A stretch of 25,466 bases of DNA from a virus (lineage: Duplodnaviria > Caudoviricetes). Within the stretch, counting starts at the first letter, position 1, and each line of letters opens with the position of its first letter. The notes under the pieces were generated by a model. It searched no databases and had not been told where the DNA came from. It saw only the letters and a program-made list of their open reading frames with translations. Below are positions 6,258 to 16,213 of this stretch, one piece after another. A program made the translations under genes and the position numbers. The stretch lies in the IMG/VR virus record IMGVR_UViG_3300031857_019453, positions 1-25,466 of that record. The stretch is one strand, 5' to 3'.

Positions 6258-7291
6258 ATTATCCTAATAATTTTTCAAGTATTCATATTGAATTGACTGA
6301 TAAATGTCAAGCCAGTTGTCCTATGTGTGCTAGAAATTATAATGGAGGGGAGGCAAGACCATTCGTCGGTAAAAATGAAATTAGTTTAGAAAAATTTAAA
6401 CAATGGATGAATCCTCAAACTTTGCAAAGATTAGATCATTTCTACGCATGCGGTAATTACGGAGATCCTATAATTGCTCAGGACTGTTTAGAAATTATGG
6501 AATATGTGCGACAATATAGCAACGCAAAAATTGGTATTCATACAAATGGCAGTGCTAGAACAATACAGTGGTGGTCTAATTTAGCAAAAGTTTTGAAGGA
6601 CAATCATGAAGTAGTTTTTGGCATCGATGGATTTGCTGATAGCCATGTATTATACAGACGAGGGACAGATTGGCATAAAATTATTGAAAATGCTAAATCA
6701 TTTATCAATAACGGTGGAACTGCAACAATTGACTGTCTAGTTTTTAAACATAATGAAAATGAATTAAAAGATTTTGAAGAACAGATGTTGACAATAGGAT
6801 TTAAATCAATAAATTTTAAATCGACCCAAAGATTTTATGATATGAATAACTTTCCTGTATTAAACAAAAAAGGAGAGTTTGAATATAATTTAGAACCCGC
6901 TACGATACAACCTTATAAAAAAATAAGTATGTTAAAATTAGAGGACATTCAAAAAGATTTAACAATTTGGGATAAGATAGTTACAGTTTCTAAAATTGAA
7001 CCTAAATGTAAATTAAAAAATGAAATTTATATAGATTGTGTTGGGAACGTTGTACCTTGCTGCTGGGTAGGTTCAGATATTTTAGAAGAACCATTAAAGG
7101 TAAACTCTGCTATACATGACTTAAGAAATAAACTGGTAGAGAATACAAAAACAAATTTTAATTCGTTCAGTAAATTGAACTTAAACAATTATTCTTTAGA
7201 TGATATAGTTAATGATGAGGTATGGAATCTTACAACTGACTTTAAACAAAAGCCTTGGATTTGTGTGAAAAATTGTGCAAACTTACACTAA
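6254..7291 (+). CDS. radical SAM/SPASM-twitch domain protein
   Basis: CQASCPMC, CGNYGDP in place of GGEP, HTNG, GIDG, C-terminal C...GNVVPCC...CVKNC. Confidence 0.9.
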   Translation: MNYPNNFSSIHIELTDKCQASCPMCARNYNGGEARPFVGKNEISLEKFKQWMNPQTLQRLDHFYACGNYGDPIIAQDCLEIMEYVRQYSNAKIGIHTNGSARTIQWWSNLAKVLKDNHEVVFGIDGFADSHVLYRRGTDWHKIIENAKSFINNGGTATIDCLVFKHNENELKDFEEQMLTIGFKSINFKSTQRFYDMNNFPVLNKKGEFEYNLEPATIQPYKKISMLKLEDIQKDLTIWDKIVTVSKIEPKCKLKNEIYIDCVGNVVPCCWVGSDILEEPLKVNSAIHDLRNKLVENTKTNFNSFSKLNLNNYSLDDIVNDEVWNLTTDFKQKPWICVKNCANLH

Positions 7292-7944
7292 GGTAAATCA
7301 TCTATTACTTTATATTGTCCTGTAACACCTTGTTTAACTGCCGCTTCATTCATTAAAGTTTTCCATTCATCTAATCCATCATGTCGTGCAATTATAATAT
7401 GTATTCTATCTTCATTACTCTTGTTAACGACACTATGATCATACGCTAAATTCATTGCGTAGACTCCGCCCTCTTCCATAATTAATTCTTCTCCGTCTCC
7501 CCAAATCCACTTACATCCTTTTGGATTGTTTAACGCAACATTGATGTTCTCTATCAATTTTATACCGCTCGGAGAATCATTATGCATTGCTATTTCGCCA
7601 CCGGCTCTAAGTAACATAAATCTTACTCGACCATATTTTTTACATGGGAAATAATTTTGTAACCAATTGGTAGTTACAGGACAAAGGTCTGCGATTTCTG
7701 TCCATCTATAATCGTTGCTTGCGTCTTTTCCTTTTGCATAGCCATATGTATCAAAATTTTCATGTTTATTCCATTCTAACCCGTGTATCGTCAATCCTTC
7801 CCAACCATCATGAGCATATTCTCCTTGACGATGTGGTGTGAACTTATCGATTAATGCAAAAGCTTCTTTTAGTATTTCTTTATAGGGTACCTCTATATCA
7901 AGCTTTAAATACTTTCCTTCTGAAAAAAAATATTCTCTTGTCAT
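7288..7944 (-). CDS. Asp/Asn beta-hydroxylase-like Fe(II)/2OG oxygenase
   Basis: GRVRFMLL...HND...HSVVN...RIHII. Start probably ATG 7944, overlapping the upstream stop (ATGA). Confidence 0.8.
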   Translation of the reverse strand: MTREYFFSEGKYLKLDIEVPYKEILKEAFALIDKFTPHRQGEYAHDGWEGLTIHGLEWNKHENFDTYGYAKGKDASNDYRWTEIADLCPVTTNWLQNYFPCKKYGRVRFMLLRAGGEIAMHNDSPSGIKLIENINVALNNPKGCKWIWGDGEELIMEEGGVYAMNLAYDHSVVNKSNEDRIHIIIARHDGLDEWKTLMNEAAVKQGVTGQYKVIDDLP

Positions 7945-9383
7945 AATATTCTCACATCCCCCGTTATAGGGCACAAGCTTTTCCAATTTTTTATTTGCCA
8001 AGTTGGTGTATTAAATTCATTTATATCCCAAAGAACAAAAGCATTAATTCTACCAAATCTTATTCTTTCTTCTGTACTTAAATTAGTTTTATAAACGAAT
8101 CCTAGTCTAAAAGATATGTGAAAATAAATTTTAGGACCAATGTTTTTAATAGTCGTAATTAAAAAATTTTCTCTTGCTACTCTAAATTTAACTGGTGCAA
8201 TATGTGCATATGGAACATGATTAAAAACATCACTTACATTAACAAATGTAATTTCCTTTGGATCAATAAATGATAAGTTTTTGTTAGCAAAAAAATCTAA
8301 AAGCACAAAATTGAATTTAAGTTTCTTTATTGTATTCCAAACATCAGTAAAATTTTCAAATCTTTTTTGAAAATCTGTAAACCAAATTTTTATATTTTCT
8401 TTATGTTTTTCTAAATCTAAATTGTACCCGTAAGGTACAAATTTTAATTGTTCCATATAGAATATATCGTAATCTTTGCCGTCCCACGTTTCTATTAAAG
8501 ATTTCATAAAATTTAACACTGCATAACTATTGTCAACAAAAGTTACTTTTGTATTTTCATGATATCCTAATTGTGTAATATTGTATATCCAATTAAGACC
8601 TGTACCAGTAGTAACATAATGATCTAGTGCATCTTCTTCTATTGTTTCATTTTCTAAAATGATATCGCTATTCCACGGAGTTACCATATTATTGCATATT
8701 AACTGATAGTCAAATAAATTAGGAACATGTCTGTAAAATACATGATCATATTCATAATATAAGTAGTTTTTTTCATTTCTAATTTCGTCACCTACGTCAC
8801 AAAATACCGCATTGTTTTCTAAACCAACCTTAAAAAAATTCCAACCATGACGTTTGTGTTTATAAGTTTTGTTCGTAAAACCATTTTTAATCCATACTGG
8901 TATCTCTTTATCACCACGTACACATTCTTCACTTCGTATAGGTTCTATTTTTTCATGAACTTCATTCCAAGATACTTCACCCATTTTAGGTTTTCCTAAT
9001 CTTTTATATTCATCTAAATTTACTATGAAAAATTGATTATGAATTTCGTAGTAAGCGTCACCCCTATCAAGTACATGACCAGATAAAGTAAAAAATTCAT
9101 TACATTTTTTTTCTATTGCTTGTAATAATCTTTCGGATAAACCAGTATGGGTACCCGTAATGACTACAACTGCATGAGTATAAAAATTATCTTGTGCGGC
9201 TCTTTCTAATAAAGCATCTGTGTTCTTATCAATTATTATATCATAGTTTTTAGAAACTACTAACGACAGAAAAAAATCGCTTACGTTTCTAGCAATTTCT
9301 TGAGATGTTGTACTATAAAATTCTTCAATATTATCAAGTATACAGTAAACAATTTTCTTTTCTTTTTTTATTAAATAATCCAT
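7941..9383 (-). CDS. hypothetical protein (480 aa), possibly two-domain
   Basis: Long ORF translationally coupled at both ends. The C-half has a Rossmann-like pattern (TGTG...VTFVD...LLDF...FVNVSDVF). Confidence 0.75.
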   Translation of the reverse strand: MDYLIKKEKKIVYCILDNIEEFYSTTSQEIARNVSDFFLSLVVSKNYDIIIDKNTDALLERAAQDNFYTHAVVVITGTHTGLSERLLQAIEKKCNEFFTLSGHVLDRGDAYYEIHNQFFIVNLDEYKRLGKPKMGEVSWNEVHEKIEPIRSEECVRGDKEIPVWIKNGFTNKTYKHKRHGWNFFKVGLENNAVFCDVGDEIRNEKNYLYYEYDHVFYRHVPNLFDYQLICNNMVTPWNSDIILENETIEEDALDHYVTTGTGLNWIYNITQLGYHENTKVTFVDNSYAVLNFMKSLIETWDGKDYDIFYMEQLKFVPYGYNLDLEKHKENIKIWFTDFQKRFENFTDVWNTIKKLKFNFVLLDFFANKNLSFIDPKEITFVNVSDVFNHVPYAHIAPVKFRVARENFLITTIKNIGPKIYFHISFRLGFVYKTNLSTEERIRFGRINAFVLWDINEFNTPTWQIKNWKSLCPITGDVRIL

Positions 9384-10132
9384 TAATTTATATCCTCAAA
9401 TGGTGATTCAAAATATCCAAAGCCCCATTTTCTTTCATAGCACCACCAGCAATTTTTGCAGTGTGATCCGATGTGCTTATCATTTTCGCAACTTCTAGTT
9501 ACAGGTAATAGCTTATCAGTTACATTAAAAAAATTATAAAGTTTAGCAATATCTTTTTTGTCATGGTTGAATAACGGTATATAAGCCTCAGAACCTATAG
9601 ATAAATTTTGAATTGGATTTCCATCTATTGTTAAAGGGACTGTTTTAAAATCTTCAGCTAAATCTACTGGTATTGTAAATCCAAATAAAGGTTTTTCTTC
9701 TTCATACGATCTAAATTTGTTATGCCAGTCAGGTTGTTGTTCAACTGGCCATTGTAAAAATTCTTCTGCGGGTGGAAATTTAGTCAATCCTAAGTAAATT
9801 ATATCGACTTCTCTTTTATTAATAGCATTCTGTAACATATTAATATAATATTCAGCAGATTCATCAGGCTCTACAAAGTTTTGATGTATAATAAAATTTG
9901 TGTTGCCAGTCAATTCTGAGCATTTGTCGATTACATCTCTAACATGGTTTTCTAAAGCAGGTCTACGAAATTCAGCCATCATATTATATATGTGAATTGT
10001 CTCTACAACAGTTGACATTAAAATGTAAAGTAATATTGCGCTATCAGCACCGCCGCTGATACCAATACCAACAGGACCTTTTTTATAAAGTCCAATTTTG
10101 ATGCCATCATAAATTTTATAATCTAAGTCCAT
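9383..10132 (-). CDS. QueC-like PP-loop ATP pyrophosphatase
   Basis: GISGGADS PP-loop and TRSC...CKNCWWC zinc motif. Confidence 0.8.
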   Translation of the reverse strand: MDLDYKIYDGIKIGLYKKGPVGIGISGGADSAILLYILMSTVVETIHIYNMMAEFRRPALENHVRDVIDKCSELTGNTNFIIHQNFVEPDESAEYYINMLQNAINKREVDIIYLGLTKFPPAEEFLQWPVEQQPDWHNKFRSYEEEKPLFGFTIPVDLAEDFKTVPLTIDGNPIQNLSIGSEAYIPLFNHDKKDIAKLYNFFNVTDKLLPVTRSCENDKHIGSHCKNCWWCYERKWGFGYFESPFEDIN

Positions 10133-10695
10133 TTTTCGTATTTTTCTAATTCTTGTAAAAATAAATTAGGAAATATTTCCCAAACTGTTTGTTCTACTCC
10201 CCTATAATAAACAGTTTTAATTTTTCGCATTTGCCCTGTCTCTTCCATAGCAGGAGCAAAAATTTTATGTACTAATTTTTGAGTACCTGCTTCTCCTTCG
10301 TTACTTGTGATGTATAATTTACTTCCTTTTGGTGCCCAATTGATGCATGTAGGTATTAAAAATTGACTAGTTGCATGTTGATGAGTTATTATTTGATTTT
10401 TTGTTCTTAAACTAAGTTTAGGTAATCTATCCGTAAACACACATGTTCTTGCTGCAATTCTATAACTGTTTTCTCCCATAACATCATCAAAGCTATGAGC
10501 GGCAACGCTTCCTACAGGCTGATCGTTATAATATAATATCCATACAGCCCATTCTCTTTCATTTCTAAAACAATCAACTAAGACTCTTTCACTTGAGTTA
10601 TTTGTAAAGCCTCTATTTGCTGCCTCCTTATAGAACAACTGTAAATCTAAGTTTGGAGACCAAGGTATAACTTTAAACACTTTTTGCTTTTTCAA
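10123..10695 (-). CDS. GNAT-like acyltransferase fold protein
   Basis: WILYYNDQPVGSVAAH...YRIAARTCV strand pattern. Alternative start GTG 10680. Confidence 0.5.
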   Translation of the reverse strand: MKKQKVFKVIPWSPNLDLQLFYKEAANRGFTNNSSERVLVDCFRNEREWAVWILYYNDQPVGSVAAHSFDDVMGENSYRIAARTCVFTDRLPKLSLRTKNQIITHQHATSQFLIPTCINWAPKGSKLYITSNEGEAGTQKLVHKIFAPAMEETGQMRKIKTVYYRGVEQTVWEIFPNLFLQELEKYEKWT

Positions 10696-11359
10696 TAAAA
10701 TCTGTAGGATAATTAGTTCTGAAACTTTCCCAACAAAGTTGATCCATTATACTCCAAGGCTGCGGTCTATCCCATTCTATTCCAAAATTGCGTAAGTGTT
10801 TCTTAATTTCAGCTTGTCTATTTAAATGTATATGACTTTCTACATCCTTAATACTTATTGATGGTTCGGTATGGAAATACGTAAAAAAATAATTAATGCT
10901 TTTTAATTTATTATCAACCACAAAATAACTACTTGGATGCATACTATATTTGTGTAATCCTAAAACTTTATGTGCTTTAATTATTTCAAGCATTTGATCT
11001 TGCCAGTTTGGTAAAACTTTATCAAAGTTTTTCATATCACATTCAGCTTGTTCCCAAAAATCTGATCCATCTACTTGTAAGTAAATTTTCTTATCGTTAT
11101 AATCTATATCAAGTATAAAAGGAACATGCATTGGATAAGCGTCATGCATTAACTTTAAAAACTTTACTTCACGCTCCCATTTTTCCTGCATTTTTTCTGG
11201 ATCAACTACTTGATTTTGACCTTTATGATAATCTGTATCATTATGATACCATTTTACAAATGTCTTTTTATCTTCGGACATCAAACTTGTGTAAATTAAA
11301 TTGTTTCTGCAGAGACCAACATTCGGAACATTGTTGTAATAGTATTCAAAATTTGCCAC
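10673..11359 (-). CDS. atypical kinase-like fold protein
   Basis: FVKW (beta3 Lys), WEREVKFL (alphaC Glu), IYLQ hinge. Catalytic loop reads HKYSMHPSS and the DFG-equivalent reads INY. GTG start. Confidence 0.55.
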   Translation of the reverse strand: MANFEYYYNNVPNVGLCRNNLIYTSLMSEDKKTFVKWYHNDTDYHKGQNQVVDPEKMQEKWEREVKFLKLMHDAYPMHVPFILDIDYNDKKIYLQVDGSDFWEQAECDMKNFDKVLPNWQDQMLEIIKAHKVLGLHKYSMHPSSYFVVDNKLKSINYFFTYFHTEPSISIKDVESHIHLNRQAEIKKHLRNFGIEWDRPQPWSIMDQLCWESFRTNYPTDFIEKAKSV

Positions 11360-11429
11360 ATGTATCCTTTAAATAGACGCACTTATTTATAGCATAAATA
11401 AATCAACTTAAAGATTATAGGGAGTACAA

Positions 11430-12284
11430 ATGAATTATAGAATGCATGAAAATGGTTGGACTGTCATTATTGATGACTTTGACTTAAATTATGCGACTCA
11501 GGAACACATAAACAAGATAGCTAAGCTAATTAGTCGTTATACTTTGGTTGTCGTTAAAAAACAAAAACTTAGTTTGGACAAAGAATTAGAAATTCTTAAA
11601 ATGTTTAAGGATTGTGTTCCATTATTTAAAAAGGATGATCCTAATTTTGAACACACAAGACTTGACCCAGACGGATTAATATGCCGTGTTACCGCAGAAT
11701 TAAATGAACATGGTAAACCAGGTGTGGGTGCTAATCCAGGAGATTTTGATTGGCACGCTAATTTAACTTGGCGTAAAGTAAGAGATCCAATTATTTGGTT
11801 ACACGGAGAAAGAGGCACTGCAGGTTCCTCTACTAGTTACAATAACAACATACTATCTTATAGAGACTTACCTAAAACTTTTAGAAATGTTATTAAAGAT
11901 TTGAAAATGATAATAACAGGTGGAACAAGACACGATGGTTCAAAAGCCTCAAGTTGGGCAGATGATGAAGAATTTTTTCATCCCTTAGTTTATGTAAGTC
12001 CACAGACAGGTGTTGAAGGTATGTATTTTCCGTTCTTACAAGTAAGAGGATTTGTTGGTATGCCACAAGATGAGGCAACTGAACTTATTAAATGGTTAGG
12101 AGAATATACAATACAAGACAAATATGTTTACACACATGAATGGGATGATGGTGATATTACTATTTCTGATCAATGGCATGGTATACATAAGCGTTATAAA
12201 TTTGTGTCGTTAGAAAAAAGAGTTATGCACAGAGCTGCAGTTTGGTATCCAGATCAAGATTATAGTTTGGATTCTCCCGTATAA
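11430..12284 (+). CDS. TauD/TfdA-family dioxygenase
   Basis: WHAN first ligand site, HPLV...TG, HEWDDGDITISDQWHGIHKR, RVMHR. GGGAG Shine-Dalgarno. Confidence 0.85.
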   Translation: MNYRMHENGWTVIIDDFDLNYATQEHINKIAKLISRYTLVVVKKQKLSLDKELEILKMFKDCVPLFKKDDPNFEHTRLDPDGLICRVTAELNEHGKPGVGANPGDFDWHANLTWRKVRDPIIWLHGERGTAGSSTSYNNNILSYRDLPKTFRNVIKDLKMIITGGTRHDGSKASSWADDEEFFHPLVYVSPQTGVEGMYFPFLQVRGFVGMPQDEATELIKWLGEYTIQDKYVYTHEWDDGDITISDQWHGIHKRYKFVSLEKRVMHRAAVWYPDQDYSLDSPV

Positions 12285-13372
12285 TGAATGAAACTTTTTC
12301 AATGTGTAGCATATGTTACAGGCATATACCAGCTACAAAATTGTTTAAAGATACGGGAGTATATTTAGTAAAACAGTGCCCAGTACATGGACATCAAGAA
12401 GATTTGATAGAAACAGACGTAGAATTTTATAAGCAACAAACTTACGTAAAACGACAACCTAGTTCATATTGGATTGATATTACAAACAGATGCAATCTTG
12501 ATTGTCCTCATTGTTATCAAATGCCAGATAATGATTCAAAAGACCCTTCCATTGATTATATCATAGATGAAATTAAATCTTTACCTAATAATGGATATCC
12601 TATTTCTTTAGTTGGGGCTGAACCTACCACCAGAAAAGATTTAGATATTCTTATTAAAAAAATACAAGAACTAGAGGGTGAACCAAGAATGATTATGGTT
12701 GTCACTAATGGCATAAATTTAGCAAAACATGATTATGCTAAAAAGTTTAAAGGTATACCCAATCTTAAATGGACTATAGGGTTGAATCATCCAAATTACA
12801 ATGGCGATTCAATTAGACAAAAACAAGAACAGGGTATTAAAAATTGTGTAGATTTAGGACTTGTCATTAAAAATTTTACATATACTTTAGGCAGCATGGA
12901 TGAATTACCGGACGTTTTAGATGAAGTACAAAAATGGAAACAACAAGATGTTTGTGACAATGCGAGAATTCAACTAGGGGTAGAAATAGGAAGAACTCCA
13001 AACGATCACGGAAAAGAATTATATCTTTCTGATTTAGTAAAAGAAACTAAAAAAATATGTGAGATTAAAAATTGGAACTTTGAATATAGTTTAGAAAATT
13101 CAAATAGAACACATTATGCAGTAAAAATTAATAACATTATACATAGATTAATAAAATGGTGTGATGTAAAAACCATTGATTTTGAAGAAACACAAAGCGA
13201 GAGTTGGGCATCACTAGTACCAAATCAACCAATGTCAACATTATTGCATCAAGTAATAATAAGAGATCGTTTTGTAAATAACAAACTACCTTTATACGAT
13301 AGTATACCTAAAAAATACAGAAACAATGAGATTGATAAACGAAACATTATCTATATGTCACCAATGCTATAG
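12284..13372 (+). CDS. radical SAM protein with N-terminal CxxC...CxxHG metal domain (COG1964/MJ0619-like)
   Basis: CSIC...KQCPVHG, DITNRCNLDCPHC, GAEPTTRKDL, TNG. Confidence 0.88.
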   Translation: MNETFSMCSICYRHIPATKLFKDTGVYLVKQCPVHGHQEDLIETDVEFYKQQTYVKRQPSSYWIDITNRCNLDCPHCYQMPDNDSKDPSIDYIIDEIKSLPNNGYPISLVGAEPTTRKDLDILIKKIQELEGEPRMIMVVTNGINLAKHDYAKKFKGIPNLKWTIGLNHPNYNGDSIRQKQEQGIKNCVDLGLVIKNFTYTLGSMDELPDVLDEVQKWKQQDVCDNARIQLGVEIGRTPNDHGKELYLSDLVKETKKICEIKNWNFEYSLENSNRTHYAVKINNIIHRLIKWCDVKTIDFEETQSESWASLVPNQPMSTLLHQVIIRDRFVNNKLPLYDSIPKKYRNNEIDKRNIIYMSPML

Positions 13373-14405
13373 GCACATTCCTGCTTATAAATTTGAAAAA
13401 GACGGTAGCATTTGGATCACAAAAACATGTAAAGAACATGGAGAATCCACACACTTAATAGAACCTGATGCTGAGTTTTATTTAAGCTATTCGTATCACA
13501 GACACGCATTAGGAAGTTATTTCATAGAGTTAACTAACAGATGTAATTTAACTTGTCCTCATTGTTATCAAATGCCTGATAACAAATCAGTTGATCCATC
13601 GATTGACTTAATATTAGAAAAAATTAAATCATGGCCCAATGATGGATTACCAATCGCTCTAGTTGGAGCAGAGCCAACAGTCAGAAAAGACTTACCTAAA
13701 ATTATAGAAAGTATACAAAATTTACCGGGAAAGCCTAGAGGTCTAATGATTTTGACTAATGGTGTAAATTTATCAAATGAAGAATATACAAAATCTCTTT
13801 CACAATATAAAAATGTTAAATGGACATTTGGGTTAAATCACAAAGATTACCAAGGGGAAGCTGTTAGAAAAAAACAAATGCAAGGTATAGAATACTGCAT
13901 TAAGTATAATATGGATATTAAAAATATTTCTTATACATTACTTGATCTTACGCAATTAGAAGATTGCGTAAATGAATTAGTTGAATTAGGAACAAGTTAT
14001 TGTGAGCAATTTAGAATAAGATGCGGAGCTGATATAGGAAGAACACCAGGTGGCGAACAAATTTATCTATCTGATTTAATGAAAGCAACAGAAAATGTTT
14101 GCATAAAGAATGGATATAGTTTTGAAAAATGTCCTGAAGAGGGTAATAGGGCTCATTATGTAATAAAAATTAATGATATTCCTGTAAAAATAATTCAATG
14201 GCCTGATGCAACAACTCTTGATTTAAGTGAGATACAAACAGAAGCTATTGCAGATATACTACCAGGTAAACCACCAAGCCCATTAGTTCATCAAGTTTTA
14301 TTAAGAGATGGTGCAATTAATAAAGGACTTCCCTTATTAGATACAATACCAAAAGAGTGGATAGAAAATTATGGAAGAATAAAGGAATTTACAAAACATG
14401 ATTAA
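13326..14405 (+). CDS. radical SAM protein, tandem paralog of 12284..13372
   Basis: CHQC...KTCKEHG, ELTNRCNLTCPHC, GAEPTVRKDL, TNG. Confidence 0.88.
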   Translation: MRLINETLSICHQCYRHIPAYKFEKDGSIWITKTCKEHGESTHLIEPDAEFYLSYSYHRHALGSYFIELTNRCNLTCPHCYQMPDNKSVDPSIDLILEKIKSWPNDGLPIALVGAEPTVRKDLPKIIESIQNLPGKPRGLMILTNGVNLSNEEYTKSLSQYKNVKWTFGLNHKDYQGEAVRKKQMQGIEYCIKYNMDIKNISYTLLDLTQLEDCVNELVELGTSYCEQFRIRCGADIGRTPGGEQIYLSDLMKATENVCIKNGYSFEKCPEEGNRAHYVIKINDIPVKIIQWPDATTLDLSEIQTEAIADILPGKPPSPLVHQVLLRDGAINKGLPLLDTIPKEWIENYGRIKEFTKHD

Positions 14406-15201
14406 GGGAATCAATGATAAACCATATATAGATATGGAGCCATACATTGATATGGACACATTCATGAAATTGCAACCAGAAATTATTAGAGGGTTTGCAG
14501 AAGCAAGAGAGTTTGCCAAAGAAGGAACATGGATGGCACCTGGTTTTAGTTTTGATGACATGAGTTACAAAGTAAATTGGAAACCAATATATCAAGCCAT
14601 GACAGAATTTTTATCTTTACCAGACAATGATCCTATAAAACTTGCAGGAATGGATTTATATCAAGATATAAAGAACTATAAGCAACGAAATAAGTTTACT
14701 AGATTTTTAAAAATGTCAATGGGAGCATATGATCCATACATTTATTATTTTTTGTATGAAGAAGGTGACTGGAATGATAGACCAGGTGAACGACAACTTA
14801 CAGAAGAAGCAAAATATTTTCCTAACGTAGTGCAATGGATAGAAAATATGAAAGTAAACGGCATTTTTGAACATATAGGTAGAGTTATATTTTTTCATTG
14901 TGAAGCAGACGGTATTCCATTTGAACATAGAGACTTAGATGCTAAGAATGGCATTGATGTAGTAAAACCGCACAGAAACGAATTCATACATATTAGACCG
15001 AATACTAAAAAAGCTTTTTATGTTTGGGATCCAAAGAATAAAAATAAAGTGTACTTAAACACTAGAGCAGCATGGTGGAATGATGTAGATTGGCACGGCG
15101 GTGAGCGTATTATGGAACAAAGTTATAGTTTACGTATTGATGGAAAGTTCACAGATACTTTTAGAAAAAAATTAGGCATCGATCATTTGGAGTCTTATTA
15201 A
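14398..15201 (+). CDS. Fe(II)/2OG oxygenase-like protein
   Basis: GRVIFF...HRD...WHGG...SLRIDG: HxD...H...R pattern. Confidence 0.65.
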   Translation: MIKGINDKPYIDMEPYIDMDTFMKLQPEIIRGFAEAREFAKEGTWMAPGFSFDDMSYKVNWKPIYQAMTEFLSLPDNDPIKLAGMDLYQDIKNYKQRNKFTRFLKMSMGAYDPYIYYFLYEEGDWNDRPGERQLTEEAKYFPNVVQWIENMKVNGIFEHIGRVIFFHCEADGIPFEHRDLDAKNGIDVVKPHRNEFIHIRPNTKKAFYVWDPKNKNKVYLNTRAAWWNDVDWHGGERIMEQSYSLRIDGKFTDTFRKKLGIDHLESY

Positions 15202-15725
15202 TGCAGTTCATAGCGAATTACAGTAATTGGATTAAAGAACAAAAAATTATGGAACATCTTACGTCATGCAAAGGAGATACTACTCCTGTGTGGCAACCGG
15301 ATCGTTGGACTGGTAATTCAACATTAGAAAAATTTAAAGAAATGGCTAGACCTGGTTATTCATGTAATAAGTTTTTCTTTCATCAAATGAATCCTTCAAG
15401 TAGAGAAATGCAAGATTTTAAATTCGATCTTCCTTATTTGACAGAAAGTAGAAAACACACGATTTGGTGGTTTGTAATTTTATATCCAGGTGAATTTCAA
15501 GCTATGCATATTGATCCTCAATTAACAGAGGTAAAAAATCCTGTAAGATATACTATGTTTCTACAAGACTGGGAACCTGGACATGTTTTTGTATATGATG
15601 ATAAAGTCGCTGCTAATTACAAAGCAGGTGATTTATTTGAATGGAGTGATCCTATGACAATACATGGACCAGCTAATATTGGATATAACACTAGATATAC
15701 ATTACAAATTACTTTATGGGATTAG
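15201..15725 (+). CDS. Fe(II)/2OG oxygenase-like protein
   Basis: YPGE..MHID...RYTMFLQDWEPGH...HGPAN...RYTLQIT. Confidence 0.7.
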   Translation: MQFIANYSNWIKEQKIMEHLTSCKGDTTPVWQPDRWTGNSTLEKFKEMARPGYSCNKFFFHQMNPSSREMQDFKFDLPYLTESRKHTIWWFVILYPGEFQAMHIDPQLTEVKNPVRYTMFLQDWEPGHVFVYDDKVAANYKAGDLFEWSDPMTIHGPANIGYNTRYTLQITLWD

Positions 15726-16213
15726 TATCCTAATAGATTAAACATATACTTATTTGTAAGCCCACCATTAATACCATTGTGCCACTCTCTATGATTATCC
15801 CACTCTAGAATCTTACCCTGAGATTGTTGATAGTAATATTTTTGCCCTAATATAAAAATATGTCCTAAATTAGGCTCACTTATAAAGATTGAATATCTTT
15901 TTAACTTGCCATGTTTTAAATATTCTGATTCATAATCATCAATGTCATAGTGATATCCTGTCATATATCCTGGCTCTACACAACTTATCCAACTACGCAA
16001 TGGTGTTACATTCAAGTTTTCTGCTACTGTATTTTGTATATCTTTGCAATCATAATAGTTCACCCATCTGACACTATCTGTGTTAAAATTATTTGATCTC
16101 CATAATTCTAACATTTTAGCGTATTCTGGATTATCCATATTCCATTGCGAAGGATCTACAGTAACTACTTTACCATTTTTAAGCTCAGATATTACTTTGT
16201 TCCAGTTGATCAT
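15722..16213 (-). CDS. Fe(II)/2OG oxygenase-like protein
   Basis: EPG..GYHYD...RYSIFI...GHIF...WHNGING...KYMF; similar layout to 15201..15725. Confidence 0.7.
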   Translation of the reverse strand: MINWNKVISELKNGKVVTVDPSQWNMDNPEYAKMLELWRSNNFNTDSVRWVNYYDCKDIQNTVAENLNVTPLRSWISCVEPGYMTGYHYDIDDYESEYLKHGKLKRYSIFISEPNLGHIFILGQKYYYQQSQGKILEWDNHREWHNGINGGLTNKYMFNLLGY

